This document shows positions 24,495 to 35,000 of a stretch of 47,433 nucleotides of DNA, in pieces. The stretch comes from Marsupella aquatica (Eukaryota > Plantae > Marchantiophyta), in assembly GCA_973895155.1 (NCBI GenBank), contig OZ316896.1, forward strand, positions 23,471,067 through 23,518,499. The letters run 5' to 3'. Below the pieces are notes generated by a model. It made no database searches, was not told the DNA's origin, and was given only the letters and a program-made list of their open reading frames with translations. How positions within the stretch are numbered: the first letter of the stretch is position 1; every line of letters begins with the position of its first letter. The translations under genes were made by a program, and so were the position numbers.

Positions 24495-24515
24495 TTTTAG
24501 GGAGGGCGGACGTGG
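24495..24515 (+). other. Internal relic PPT and putative ancestral LTR start (TTTT-AGGGAGGGCGGA-CGTGG)
   Basis: T-run plus purine tract about 20 nt after the ORF stop; CGTGG is one change from TGTGG, the inverse of the terminal CCACA; present in every copy that spans this point, including the relic. Confidence 0.55.
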
Positions 24516-24963
24516 AGGGAGGAGGCGTGAGTGGGCAGGGCGGGCACGGATCTCCACGTTTAGGATTAGGATCAGAACCAGGAGCGGCCCTGACACTTAG
24601 CTTAGTGGGATTGCGGTCCCACTGGTAGGAGCAACACTTGTGCTCCTGCCTTGCTGTACATAGGTAGATTCGGGCAAGTAGATTACTGTTAAGTAGATTA
24701 GGCTTACGATGCAAAGAATGGCGGATCCACTACCAGGATAAGTACCTGGGCAGCGGGGAGCTCAGGGCCTCTTCTTTAGCAAGTTTTTAGTTTGCACCAG
24801 CCGGGCTGGGATCAAGTAGTACGAGAAGCTCTCGGTTAGTCATACAGTGACCCTTGTGTATATTCATGTTTCCTCATGCCTAAGAGCTGAATAGAGTTGG
24901 CCTCACGGCTTAGTTCGCAGAACTTGTGTATGAGATGTACTGTTTGTATGGCAAGTGCATGGT

Positions 24964-24986
24964 ATGACTCAGTCAGAATGAGTCAT
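24964..24986 (+). promoter_or_regulatory. Inverted pair of GCN4/AP-1-type motifs (ATGACTCA-N7-TGAGTCAT) in the LTR
   Basis: Seen directly; present in the young LTR copies, degenerate in the relic. Confidence 0.4.
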
Positions 24987-25189
24987 TTTGCTATTTGTGT
25001 GTCGCATTAACTTGTGTGAAGAGTGCCCACATCAACAGAAGGAAGGAAAGTAAGCAGGGGAGTGAGAGTTGGATGTGTCGAGCTGAGAGAGGTCTTAGCG
25101 GCTTAACCAAGCCTATTGGGGATCATTCCGGCGGCGGAATCCAAACATACCTAACAAGACGGAGGGGAAGACAGGGGAAGACAGGGGAA

Positions 25190-25204
25190 GGCCTATATTA
25201 GGCC
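25190..25204 (+). promoter_or_regulatory. Putative LTR TATA box (GGCC-TATATTA-GGCC)
   Basis: TATA-like motif about 200 bp before the LTR end, after GA-rich repeats. Confidence 0.4.
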
Positions 25205-25394
25205 GGCTACGTATCTCATGACCCGATGAAGGATCTGTCCAGTATATGTGTGTAAAATGTTAATAGTAGTAGTAGAAGGTTAGCAGCGTCCCATGCCGCT
25301 AAGCCGCGGAAACGGCCTCGCCAAGCGTGAAACCGCGGGAATCGGCTTGAGCTGGGGGGTTTCTTGGGTTTAGGGAGCCATGGGACGCACCACA

Positions 25395-26422
25395 GTAATC
25401 TTACAAAGGCCTCCAAGCCGGATCCGGCCATGAAGCCTTGGTACTTCTTGGTCTGCATGGCCGTAAAGCATGCATCCTCCTCCCGTGCAAAATGTAGTTG
25501 CACCTCCACCGGTAGGGTTGCCGCCCAGCCCTTCCAGGTGTCATCCCTGGTTGGAATGGCCTTGATGGGATCGACCTCCTCCTCTTCGGCTTCTCCCTGC
25601 CTCCTGCTCTGCTGCTCGGCTGGCTTCTTTGGTGCCGCCGACCTCGTTCTTTTTGCCGGGGTGGCTTCATCGTTGACGGCTCCCTTCCTCTTCATCTCTG
25701 CTGCCGTGGAGGTTTCTCCTAGCACCGTTGCCTGGGTCCACCTTTCCGTGCTACCCTTTAATTCCCAGTGTATGTCGTTGCAGTTCTTGATGGCCTCTCG
25801 GATGCCGACGACGCTGTCTTTGCAAAACAGAAGATCGTCGAGTTGATTGGAAGTAGGCGTCCACAGGAACTCGTCCTTGATGAGTTCGCCTCCTAAGAAA
25901 GCCGTCTTCTGCAGCTCCCACAATCGAGCGAGCTCCTGCCGTTCTCGAGCTGCCCTTTCTGACTCCTCGTCCTCGTAAGTCTTGATGTACTCAGTTGCCC
26001 GTTCGAACAGGCATCCCCAGAAATGTGCCGCTTGATTGACGTTGCTCATACCCTCCTTAGGTTGATCGTCGGTATCTACTCTCTCCCCGAGTGCTTGCCT
26101 AAGCAGCTGACAGTAGTTGGCCTCCCGTAGTCGTCTGCCTAGTTCGTGCTCGCAAATGAGCCACCATCTCCTGCAAGCGCTCCTTACCCCTCTCCTCTGC
26201 CGGTCCTTCTTCCCGTTGATCCTTCCTAGCCGCCGACGCTTAACGCGCCCTAACCCTAATCGGGTTTTCACCCTCAGCCTTACCTCCGGCCTCTGCCCGG
26301 GTTCCATGGTTGCCCCTAATTGTTTATATTTTCCTTGTTTTGTCACTATACTAAGGTGTTCCTAGGGTGCCTTCCTGCTTTACCCACTTAACCGGCCGAG
26401 TGATTCCTGTCTAGGCATCACA
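25395..26422 (-). mobile_element. 3' LTR of left unit, first 1028 bp only, with the 5' part of the LTR ORF (ATG at 26307)
   Basis: Inverted match to 20736-21763. Confidence 0.9.
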
Positions 26423-26437
26423 TAGCTCCCCACTTAA
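26423..26437 (-). other. Polypurine tract TTAAGTGGGGAGCTA directly before TGTGATG
   Basis: Purine-rich run abutting the LTR TG end; absent before the flank-joined copies at 4916 and 20736. Confidence 0.75.
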
Positions 26438-29400
26438 TTGTGAAGCGTCCTCGCAAACAACTTCATCTTCGTCCATATAGTATTTCTTGAGGCGGTCATA
26501 ATGGATGCGAACTGGATATACCTCTCCCGTAATGTTGGCCAATTGCACGGAGCCATTGGGGAACATCATGGTTACTCTAAAGGGTCCTAACCAGCGAGTG
26601 TAAAGCTTTCCTGGAAACCTACTATACCTACTGTCATAAAGTAGCACAAGATCACCGGTATGAATACTAACTACTTTTAACCTTTTATCATACTGCTGCT
26701 TCATGATATTCTGTCTATATTCTACTCTCTCGGCTGAAATCATTCTCGCTTCCTCTAAAGCTTCTAACCTATATTCTCGCTCCTTTAGGCTCTCCTCCGC
26801 TGAGGCTCTTTCCTCAATTGTAACTTGAAATGTCGGTATCTCAAGTTGCGTGGGTACCAGGGCTTCTTGTCCAAAGGTTAAGAAGAAGGGTGTATGACCG
26901 GTAGTGGATTTATAGGCCAGATTGTAAGCAAAAACAGCAGCAAACAATTTATCATCCCAATCGAGTTTGTTCTGAGCTACTGTCTTGTTCAATATCTTTC
27001 CTATGATTCCGTTTGCTCGTTCTGTCAACCCGTTTGCCTTTGGATGGTAGGGAGTAGTAGGCCTATGTTTAACTAAATACTGCTCATTTAAACGACTAAT
27101 TATATCATTCAAAAAATGGGTTCCTCTATCACTAACTAATTCTAGGGGTGCTCCATACCTGGTGAAGATCTGCTCATACATGAATCTAGCCGTAGTAATT
27201 GCATCATCCTTCGTTGTTGGTCTGGCCTCTACCCATTTAGTTGCATAATCCGTAGCCAGGATTATGTACTTGTTCCGTCGAGGGTGGGTCAGTGGTTTCA
27301 GAGGTCCAATGTAATCAATACCCCACTTCTCGAATGGTGCCAGAGGTAGAATAGGGTGCAGTGGATGCCTGGTGGACGCCCTTGGTCCGCCCGCTCGTTG
27401 ACAAGGATCGCATTGTTTGATAAACTGATAGACATCTTTGTGCAAGGTGGGCCACCAGTAACCGGCATTTAATATCTTCTTAGACGTGGTTACTGGGGCA
27501 AAATGTCCTCCGGCCTCCTCTCCATGCATGGCCCGTAGGACTCGTTTTACCTCTCTCTTCTCCAAACACCTTTGAATCGTGCCGTTGATTCCATGCTTGT
27601 GCAGTATGCCTTTAATGCACTGATACTGTCTGACCTTCCGCACAAAGACTGTGGCTTGCTCTCGGCTTAATCCTGGCTGTAATCTGGAAGTGCTGAGAAA
27701 TTGTAAAATCTCAGGGTACCATGTACCAGCTATTTCCACAACGAATAGCTCCTCGTCGGGGAATCGATCATCGATGCAATCCGTGGCAGGTTTACCTGTG
27801 ATCCTTGAAAAGAAGTCGGCATTGGCATGTAACTTTCCTGGCTTGATCCTCAGCTCATAGTCAAACTCCTGTAATAGCAAAATCCATCTTGCTACTCTGC
27901 CTGTAAGGTCCGGCTTATTGACTAGGTACTTCAAACTTTCATGATCAGTATGAAAGATTACCTTGTACCCTAGTAAATAATGCCTAAACTTTTTACAAGA
28001 ATAAATGACTCCTAATGCTTCTCTTTCCGTGGTAGAGTAGTTCCGTTCGGCATCGGCAAGCTGACGGCTTGCGAAGTATATGGGATGGTCCCTTCCTTTC
28101 TCATCCAACTGACTTAGTACTGAGCCAATACAGAAGCCCGAGACATCTACAAAAACATGAAAATCTTTGTTCCAGTCCGGTGCTATCATGACTGGGGCCT
28201 CTACTAACATCTGCTTCAATTCTACCACCGCTGTGACTCGTTCGGGTGTGGGTTCGAAGTCTGCTCCTGCCTTGAGCATGTTGGTTAATGGTAAAGCTAG
28301 CTTGGCAAAATCCTTGATGAACCGGCGATAGTAACCAATGCATCCCAAGAAGGATCTTACATCCTTTATGTTCTTAGGTTGCATGATATCTAGCCATACT
28401 GCTAGCTTACCTTTGTCAATCTCAATGCCCTTCCTTGATACCTTGTGACCTAGTAGCACCCCCTCGGTTACTGCAAAAAAACATTTATCTGGGTGTAACT
28501 TGAGACCCACCTCCCTACATCTCATGAAGGTTTTCCTGAGGTATTTAGCATGTTTCGATGCCTTCCCGAATACTGCAAAGTCATCAATGAAGATTTCCAT
28601 GAACTTTCTCAAGTAATCATGAAAAATGTTCACCATTAATCGTTGGAACATAGCTGGTGCGTTGCAGAGTCCAAACGGCATACGATTGAAGACATAGATC
28701 CCCCATTCCGTGATGAAGGCCGTCTTGATTTGGTCTTCCTGCCGAATCCTGATTTGGTTATAACCAGAGTATCCATCCATGAATGAATATAGTTCATGAC
28801 TGGCTACCATGTCTAGTACCATATCAGTAACGGTAAAGGAAAATGGTCTTTTAATGTTGCTTCATTCAGCTTCCTGTAATCCTGACAAACCCGGATCTTG
28901 GGTTTACCATCGGGTCCAGCTTTCTTGGGAACTATCACAATTGGAGACACCCAGTCTGAATGCAGGACTGGAGTGATGAATCCAGCTTCCACTAGTTTGT
29001 CGATTTCTGTTTTGACCAGCAGGGAATACTTCGGGTTCATCCTTCGAATTGGTTGTCGAAATGATTTGGCTCCTAACATGAGATCAATTCGATGTTCCCC
29101 TAGTGTTGGATCTACGCCCTTTAGATCTTGGTGACTCCATGCAAACACATCCTGAAATTCAATCAATAAGTCACTGATCTCTTTCTCGAGCTCAGGTGCT
29201 AGGTTTCTCCCTAAGTTCAGTTCTCTTCCCTCTCCTAAGTCGAGCTTCCGATATTGCCGTGCTTGGATCATATTAATCTGCTTCTTCAAATTCGGGTCCA
29301 GTTCGGCTTCCAGTCTCTCTAATCTCATACCTCCATAAACTGGGATCTCGGCTGGACTAGCCGAGTCGGTCCCTTCCTTGGTGTCCATAGATTGTCCCCT

Positions 29401-29582
29401 TACCGGTCTATTCGGTTTTGAATTAGTGGTCGGCTCCCCTTCCTGCCTTGGCTCTGGATCGTGTCTGTTCATCTCATCCACCTCTTGCTCCTGAGAGTTA
29501 GGCCGCTGTGCTCTCTCGGCTTCTAATAGGGCCTCAATTTGTTCTGCCCTCGTAATCGGCTTGTATGCCGATCCCTTGGTAT

Positions 29583-31976
29583 TTAATTCCTTGCCGATGA
29601 TCGATGGCGTTGTGGACCCCGTCGGCTCTGCCACAACGCCTGCAGAAAATCCACTGTCCCTGCTACTGCTCCCCACTTAGCCGTTTCATCCAATTGGTCT
29701 ACATCCTTAACTTCCTCCGGAATTGCAGCTAAAAAGGTGGATTCTATTGTAAAGCAGTCCTCGACCTCTTCGTCTTCTTTTTCCAAGTCACCTTCCATTG
29801 GTTCTTGCCATAATCCGCTGGGGGGTACCTCTGGTCCAAAGACACCTTCTTCGGTTAGGTTAGTGAAGCATTCTAACCAACGTACCCATCTACTTCCCTT
29901 ATGCTTTTCCTACGGTCATCCTTAGTGTCCCAGGATACCGTGATAGAGGGGGTCCCGAAAGTGAACTGCTTTTTACCCCAATCTTCTATTACCTCGGCTA
30001 GGTACAGCCATGGCCTACCAATCAATAGCCGGAATGACGTAGGATTTACCGGCTTCATTACTACATAGTTAATGCTAAAGAAGATACCTCCTATCTCTGT
30101 CTTGATGCCGGTTAACACTCCCGTAGGAATGACCTGATATCCATTGGCCATGTTCAACACTCTTCCAGTCATCTCCGGTGTTAGACCCCACCCTTTTGCT
30201 GTTGAATCAATCATAATACATACCCCTGATCCTCCATCGATGGGTACCCGTAGTAATAATTCTCCTTGAATCATTAATGGTAATGCTGGGGCTCCTTGAT
30301 CTTCTTCTATCATTAGTACGTCGGATCTGGTTGCTACCTTGGGTAATCTCGGCTTGCCGAGAATAGCCTTCCTTAATTGCTTCCGGAAGTACGGGCTATT
30401 TTTCAATAGTTGACCTACTGTTGCCGAGACTCTAGATTCTAGTACATCTTTAGCCAGGTCATAGGGAACAATCGGCTTCTCTTCTGGTGGTGTTTCCGTC
30501 TTGGATTCGGCCAGTTTTGCCACGCTAGTCTCCACAGCTGTTGGGTCTTCCGAAGCAAACAATGCTTTTGCTCGTTTTACATCCTTGGCAATGGCTTCGG
30601 TATTCTCCAGGGTTTCTAATTCTCTTAGTTGTTCCTTAACACTAGCCGTAACAGAGGGGTAGAATAACTTAGGATGATCTCGATTGAAGTCGCTATCTTG
30701 TGAAGGATTGGTTTCACTGGTGGGCTCATGGCTTACCTGTATTGCCGGAGCCCTCCCTTCTCCTTCTGTTGATGTTGACGAAGAGTCGATCCTTTCCTCC
30801 GTAACCTTCCCTTTATTTTTGGCCAGCCCATCCCACCTTTCCTTCCTTCTGGTAGATCGAGTAGAGACCCGGTAGCAATCATGATCTAAATCCTCCTCTG
30901 AGAAGGTTGATAGGGCTTCGGCCTCATCATCAGATGGTACGAACTCTGCCTCGGCATCCTCTTGCCATCCTAGTTCGATGTGGTTGATTTGAACTCCTCC
31001 GGGGGTAGTACCTGGCGGTAAGATCTTGATCGGCAAAAGCTTATGATTTGCGGCCAGGCCTGCCAACCAAGTAGGACATTGCCCTAGCATATGACCTTCC
31101 TGTCGGCATCCCATACATAGCTGAGCTGGTTGTCCATCACCCTGTTTGCGTGCATTCGGGCATTCTCTAACAAAATGGCCAGGTTGACCACAATTATAGC
31201 ACGCCGCAAATCTTTGCACATTCGGCCTAGGAGGTACTGACGGGTTCTGAATAATCCGAGGATACATCTCTCCTGGATTGTTCCTTAACCCTGACCACAG
31301 AGATGCAGGTCTGTTGGATAGGTCTCGTGCTCCAGTCTCACTGATGCCGAAAACACTATCAGCGGCATCTCCCAAAAAGTACTCTACTTCTCCCTGACAT
31401 GGTCAGTTTCTGAAAGCGTTGCAAGAACTTCCTGAAGGATTTGTTCTCCTTGAACCGAAGTTGTCCCAACTTCAGCACTGCTAGTTCTGAAGTTCCAATG
31501 GGTCGAAACTCCTTAACAAAGAGTGTTTTGAAGATATCCCAGATGGCTTGATCTTCCACATCTAATGCTCTGTACCAAGGCCTAGCCTCACCCTTGAACA
31601 GGCCGGGAAGAATCTGCATCTTGATGGCCGATTCTCCATTTGCTGCAGCGGTTCCCTCGAAATCATCCAACCATTCGTCCGGATCCTCATCTCCTCTCCC
31701 ATGAAATGCCTTGTAATGTATGCGCGACCGCTGGCTCAATCTGGTCCCTGGCCTCTCGTCTGGCCGTGCCTCTGGTTCCCCCATGTCGGTTGGAGACTCA
31801 CTTCTCCTTACCGACTCTTCTTCTGGTATGTCTTCTTCGACGCCACTTCCAGTTTCGGAGCTACCAGCTCTTTCTGCCCCTCTCAGTCGCTGTGTATCAT
31901 GCCACCCGGCGAGCTGCTGCAGTCGAGCTCTCTCCTGTTGAATCACTCTTTCTTCCCTCGGCGTAAGGTCAGTCAT
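29583..31976 (-). pseudogene. gag: Gag-protease, left unit; 569-bp and 31-bp deletions
   Basis: Versus 39692-42685: junction at 31404/31405 lacks 41545-42113; 31 bp lost between CGTAC direct repeats near 29881. Confidence 0.9.
29593..29652 (-). promoter_or_regulatory. -1 ribosomal frameshift cassette (G_GAU_UUU + stem/pseudoknot), left unit
   Basis: Heptamer at 29646-29652 in gag phase, 5-nt spacer, stem GGCGUUGUGG/CCACAACGCC, loop GCCGA can pair with downstream UCGGC. Confidence 0.8.
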
Positions 31977-32023
31977 TACCTACGCTTCCGTTCTAACTTC
32001 ATATCTCACGGCTTAAGAAATGC

Positions 32024-32041
32024 CCCCTCCATCTAGCGCCA
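32024..32041 (-). other. Primer-binding site TGGCGCTAGATGGAGGGG (tRNA-Asn type)
   Basis: 4 T after the LTR CA end; about 17/18 match to the complement of plant tRNA-Asn(GUU) 3' end as I recall it. Confidence 0.8.
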
Positions 32042-32045
32042 AAAA

Positions 32046-35000
32046 TGTGGTGCGTCCCATGGCTCCCTAAACCCAAGAAACCCCCCAGCTCAAGCCGATT
32101 CCCGCAGGTTTCGTGCTTGGCGAGGCCGTTTCCACGGCTTAGCGGCATGGGACGCTGCTAACCTTCTACTACTACTATTAACATTTTACACACATATACT
32201 GGACAGATCCTTCATCGGGTCATGAGATACGTAGCCGGCCTAATATAGGCCTTCCCCTGTCTTCCCCTGTCTTCCCCTCCGTCTTGTTAGGTATGTTTGG
32301 ATTCCGCCGCCGGAATGATCCCCAATAGGCTTGGTTAAGCCGCTAAGACCTCTCTCAGCTCGACACATCCAACTCTCACTCCCCTGCTTACTTTCCTTCC
32401 TTCTGTTGATGTGGGCACTCTTCACACAAGTTAATGCGACACACAAATAGCAAAATGACTCATTCTGACTGAGTCATACCATGCACTTGCCATACAAACA
32501 GTACATCTCATACACAAGTTCTGCGAACTAAGCCGTGAGGCCAACTCTATTCAGCTCTTAGGCATGAGGAAACATGAATATACACAAGGGTCACTGTATG
32601 ACTAACCGAGAGCTTCTCGTACTACTTGATCCCAGCCCGGCTGGTGCAAACTAAAAACTTGCTAAAGAAGAGGCCCTGAGCTCCCCGCTGCCCAGGTACT
32701 TATCCTGGTAGTGGATCCGCCATTCTTTGCATCGTAAGCCTAATCTACTTAACAGTAATCTACTTGCCCGAATCTACCTATGTACAGCAAGGCAGGAGCA
32801 CAAGTGTTGCTCCTACCAGTGGGACCGCAATCCCACTAAGCTAAGTGTCAGGGCCGCTCCTGGTTCTGATCCTAATCCTAAACGTGGAGATCCGTGCCCG
32901 CCCTGCCCACTCACGCCTCCTCCCTCCACGTCCGCCCTCCCTAAAAGGAACGGCGCCCTTGCACCGTCACGACACCGGTGGTGGATCCTCAATGGACGCC
33001 CCCAACACTTCCTCCTCAGCCACTGCCGTTGGCCCGCCTACTGACAGATTACCTGCCCTTGACCGAGTCAACTCTCCCTCGGCCTGACTGGGTCCACCTT
33101 CGGCTTCAGCCTCGACACCGGCCTCAGCAATACCCACGGCTTCGGCCTCAGCCACTCTCACGGCTTCGGCTTCAGCCACTCTCACGGCTTCGGCTTCCCC
33201 TTCCCCTAGGGTAGTTGGATCCCTAGCCGTGACCCTGTCTGGGGTCGGTGTTGGGTCTACCTCCTTGATCACCACGGCCTGTGAAGTCGTATTACTCCTT
33301 GACCCTGAAGGTTTCCGCTTCTTCTTCGTTGGTGGCTCGGCAGCTGGTCCCTTCCCCTTCCCACTTACCTCCGGCACTGGTGCAGGTGGCGCGGCTTGTC
33401 CTTCGGCAATTACCACCCCTGGTAACTGGTTTGTCCCAACAGGAGATGGACCCGCTGCAGCTAAGCATTTAAATACTGCGGCTTGTTTCTTCAGCCGCTC
33501 TGTTTGGTTGTCGGCCCGCCGCTGTAGGTTCTCCATCTTCCTCGTGATTTCCTCCAACTCCTCTTGGGTTTCATCCAGGTCCTTACGTGCCCCCTCCAGC
33601 TCGTTTTTGGCCTCCTCCTGCTCCCTGTGGGCTTCCTCCAATTCCTTCTTCAAGGTAGCCTTCTCCTCCTGGGTTGCTCTTAGCTCCTTGTCGAGCTCTG
33701 CAATGATGACAGACTCCATCTGGTTCATCTTGGCGTAAGTCTGTTCGAGCATCTCGTCCTTCTCCCTTAGGTCGGCCTTGAAGCTGGCCGTCAGGGACGC
33801 AAGCTCCTGCTGCAGCGCCATAATCCCTTGATAGGATTTCCCTAACTCGACCTCCTTCTGCTCAAGGGCTCCGCGGATTTTCTCGAGCTCCCCTTTCAAC
33901 GCCCATTCCTTTCTTTGGGTCTCCGCCATGGCCCGGCTGTTGGCTGTTATGTGGGCCTCCTCTGTATTCTTCAGCTCTTGCTTCCACTTTTCCCTTTCTT
34001 TGATCGTGTCGGCCAACTCTTCCTGTGTCTGAGTCAGTTTATCCTTGATATTCTGATTATCAGCCTGCGCGGCGTCCAACTGCCCCTGCATGATGTTCAG
34101 CTCATGTCGTTTAATCCGCAGTTCATCTTGGGCTTTCTTGGCCGCCCTTAGATCTTCAATCTCGGCTCCCATCCTCCTAAGCCGCCGAATGACCTCGTCC
34201 TTCTTGCTTCTCTCTAAAGCCACCGCTTCTTCTAATTGGTGCTTCTCCAACTGTTCCCTATGGAAAAAGGGTCCTACCTCCAACTCCTCTCCAAAGATGC
34301 CGAGCGCAAGTTCCCCACACATCTCACCATACTCCATGGCTCTATTCTTAGCGTAGGTGGAGTAAGTAGAAGTGATCGGCATCGCCCATCGTGGCCTCTG
34401 CTCCCAAGCCGTCCTGCGGATCTCTTCAATCGTGGCTAGAGGCTTGCTTCCTTTTTCGGCTAGCCGCCTGATGTCCTCCGGCCAATCTCCTCCTGGTAAA
34501 TCCTTTTCCTTAGCCAGGGCGGCCTCTTCCTCCTGCTTGATTCGCTCCTGAAATTCCTGCACCGTCTGTTTTATGCCGTCGAAGCTCGGGGGAGCAACAT
34601 CTGGTGGGGGAGACTCAGGGCTACTCTGCTAGTTGGGGTCCCCTCGCACTACCCTTGGAAGTGTGGGGACAAACCGGCCACAGGTCCTTACTCCTGGAAC
34701 GTGATGGTCCGACCCATAGCCGGAATTATCATGGCTGCAGTCCTCCACTGCCTCCTCTACCTCTTGGATTTCCGGCTTCTCCCTCTCCTCTTCCTCGGTA
34801 GGAGCTTCAGGCAATTCTGCCTCAGATTCGGAGCTTGAGGTTCCCACGTACATTCGAACACCTGGCTTGGATTCCGGCCTGATTCTCTCCTTGTCTCCAG
34901 CAAAGGGGTTTTCTCTTGTGAGCCGGTGTCGGCCTACCTCTGTAGTAGTGTCCTGCATTGTTGCCGTTGCCGTTGTTGTTGCCGATGCCGATTTCTTTTC

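Larger units (their letters stand above)
20736..25394 (+). mobile_element. Complete 4659-bp LTR, solo-like, without TSD
   Basis: TGTGATGCC...CACCACA; flanks CTCTC / GTAAT do not match; no PPT before and no PBS after; collinear with 32046-36705 (4660 bp). Confidence 0.9.
26411..29676 (-). pseudogene. pol: Pol (RT-RNase H-integrase), left unit; 1-bp deletion frameshift near 28829
   Basis: DYRKLN, DGYSGYNQI, MPFGLCNAP, FIDDF; DVS..CIG, TDH, NADFFSR; HHCC, WGIDYIGP, SDRGTHF, NGLTERAN, WLGPF. Confidence 0.95.

Noticed and set aside
24511-25394. Conventional ~0.88-kb LTR with an internal extra ORF
   Set aside because: This start reads CGTGG and is never joined to foreign DNA here, while TGTGATG is joined to foreign flanks twice and follows a PPT. 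Disfavoured, not excluded.
25216-26346. 376-aa fusion ORF
   Set aside because: Truncated LTR ORF reading 59 codons into an inverted LTR by chance.
26411-26520. Chromodomain at the integrase C-terminus
   Set aside because: Only a GPF module and a short acidic tail; no chromodomain motif.
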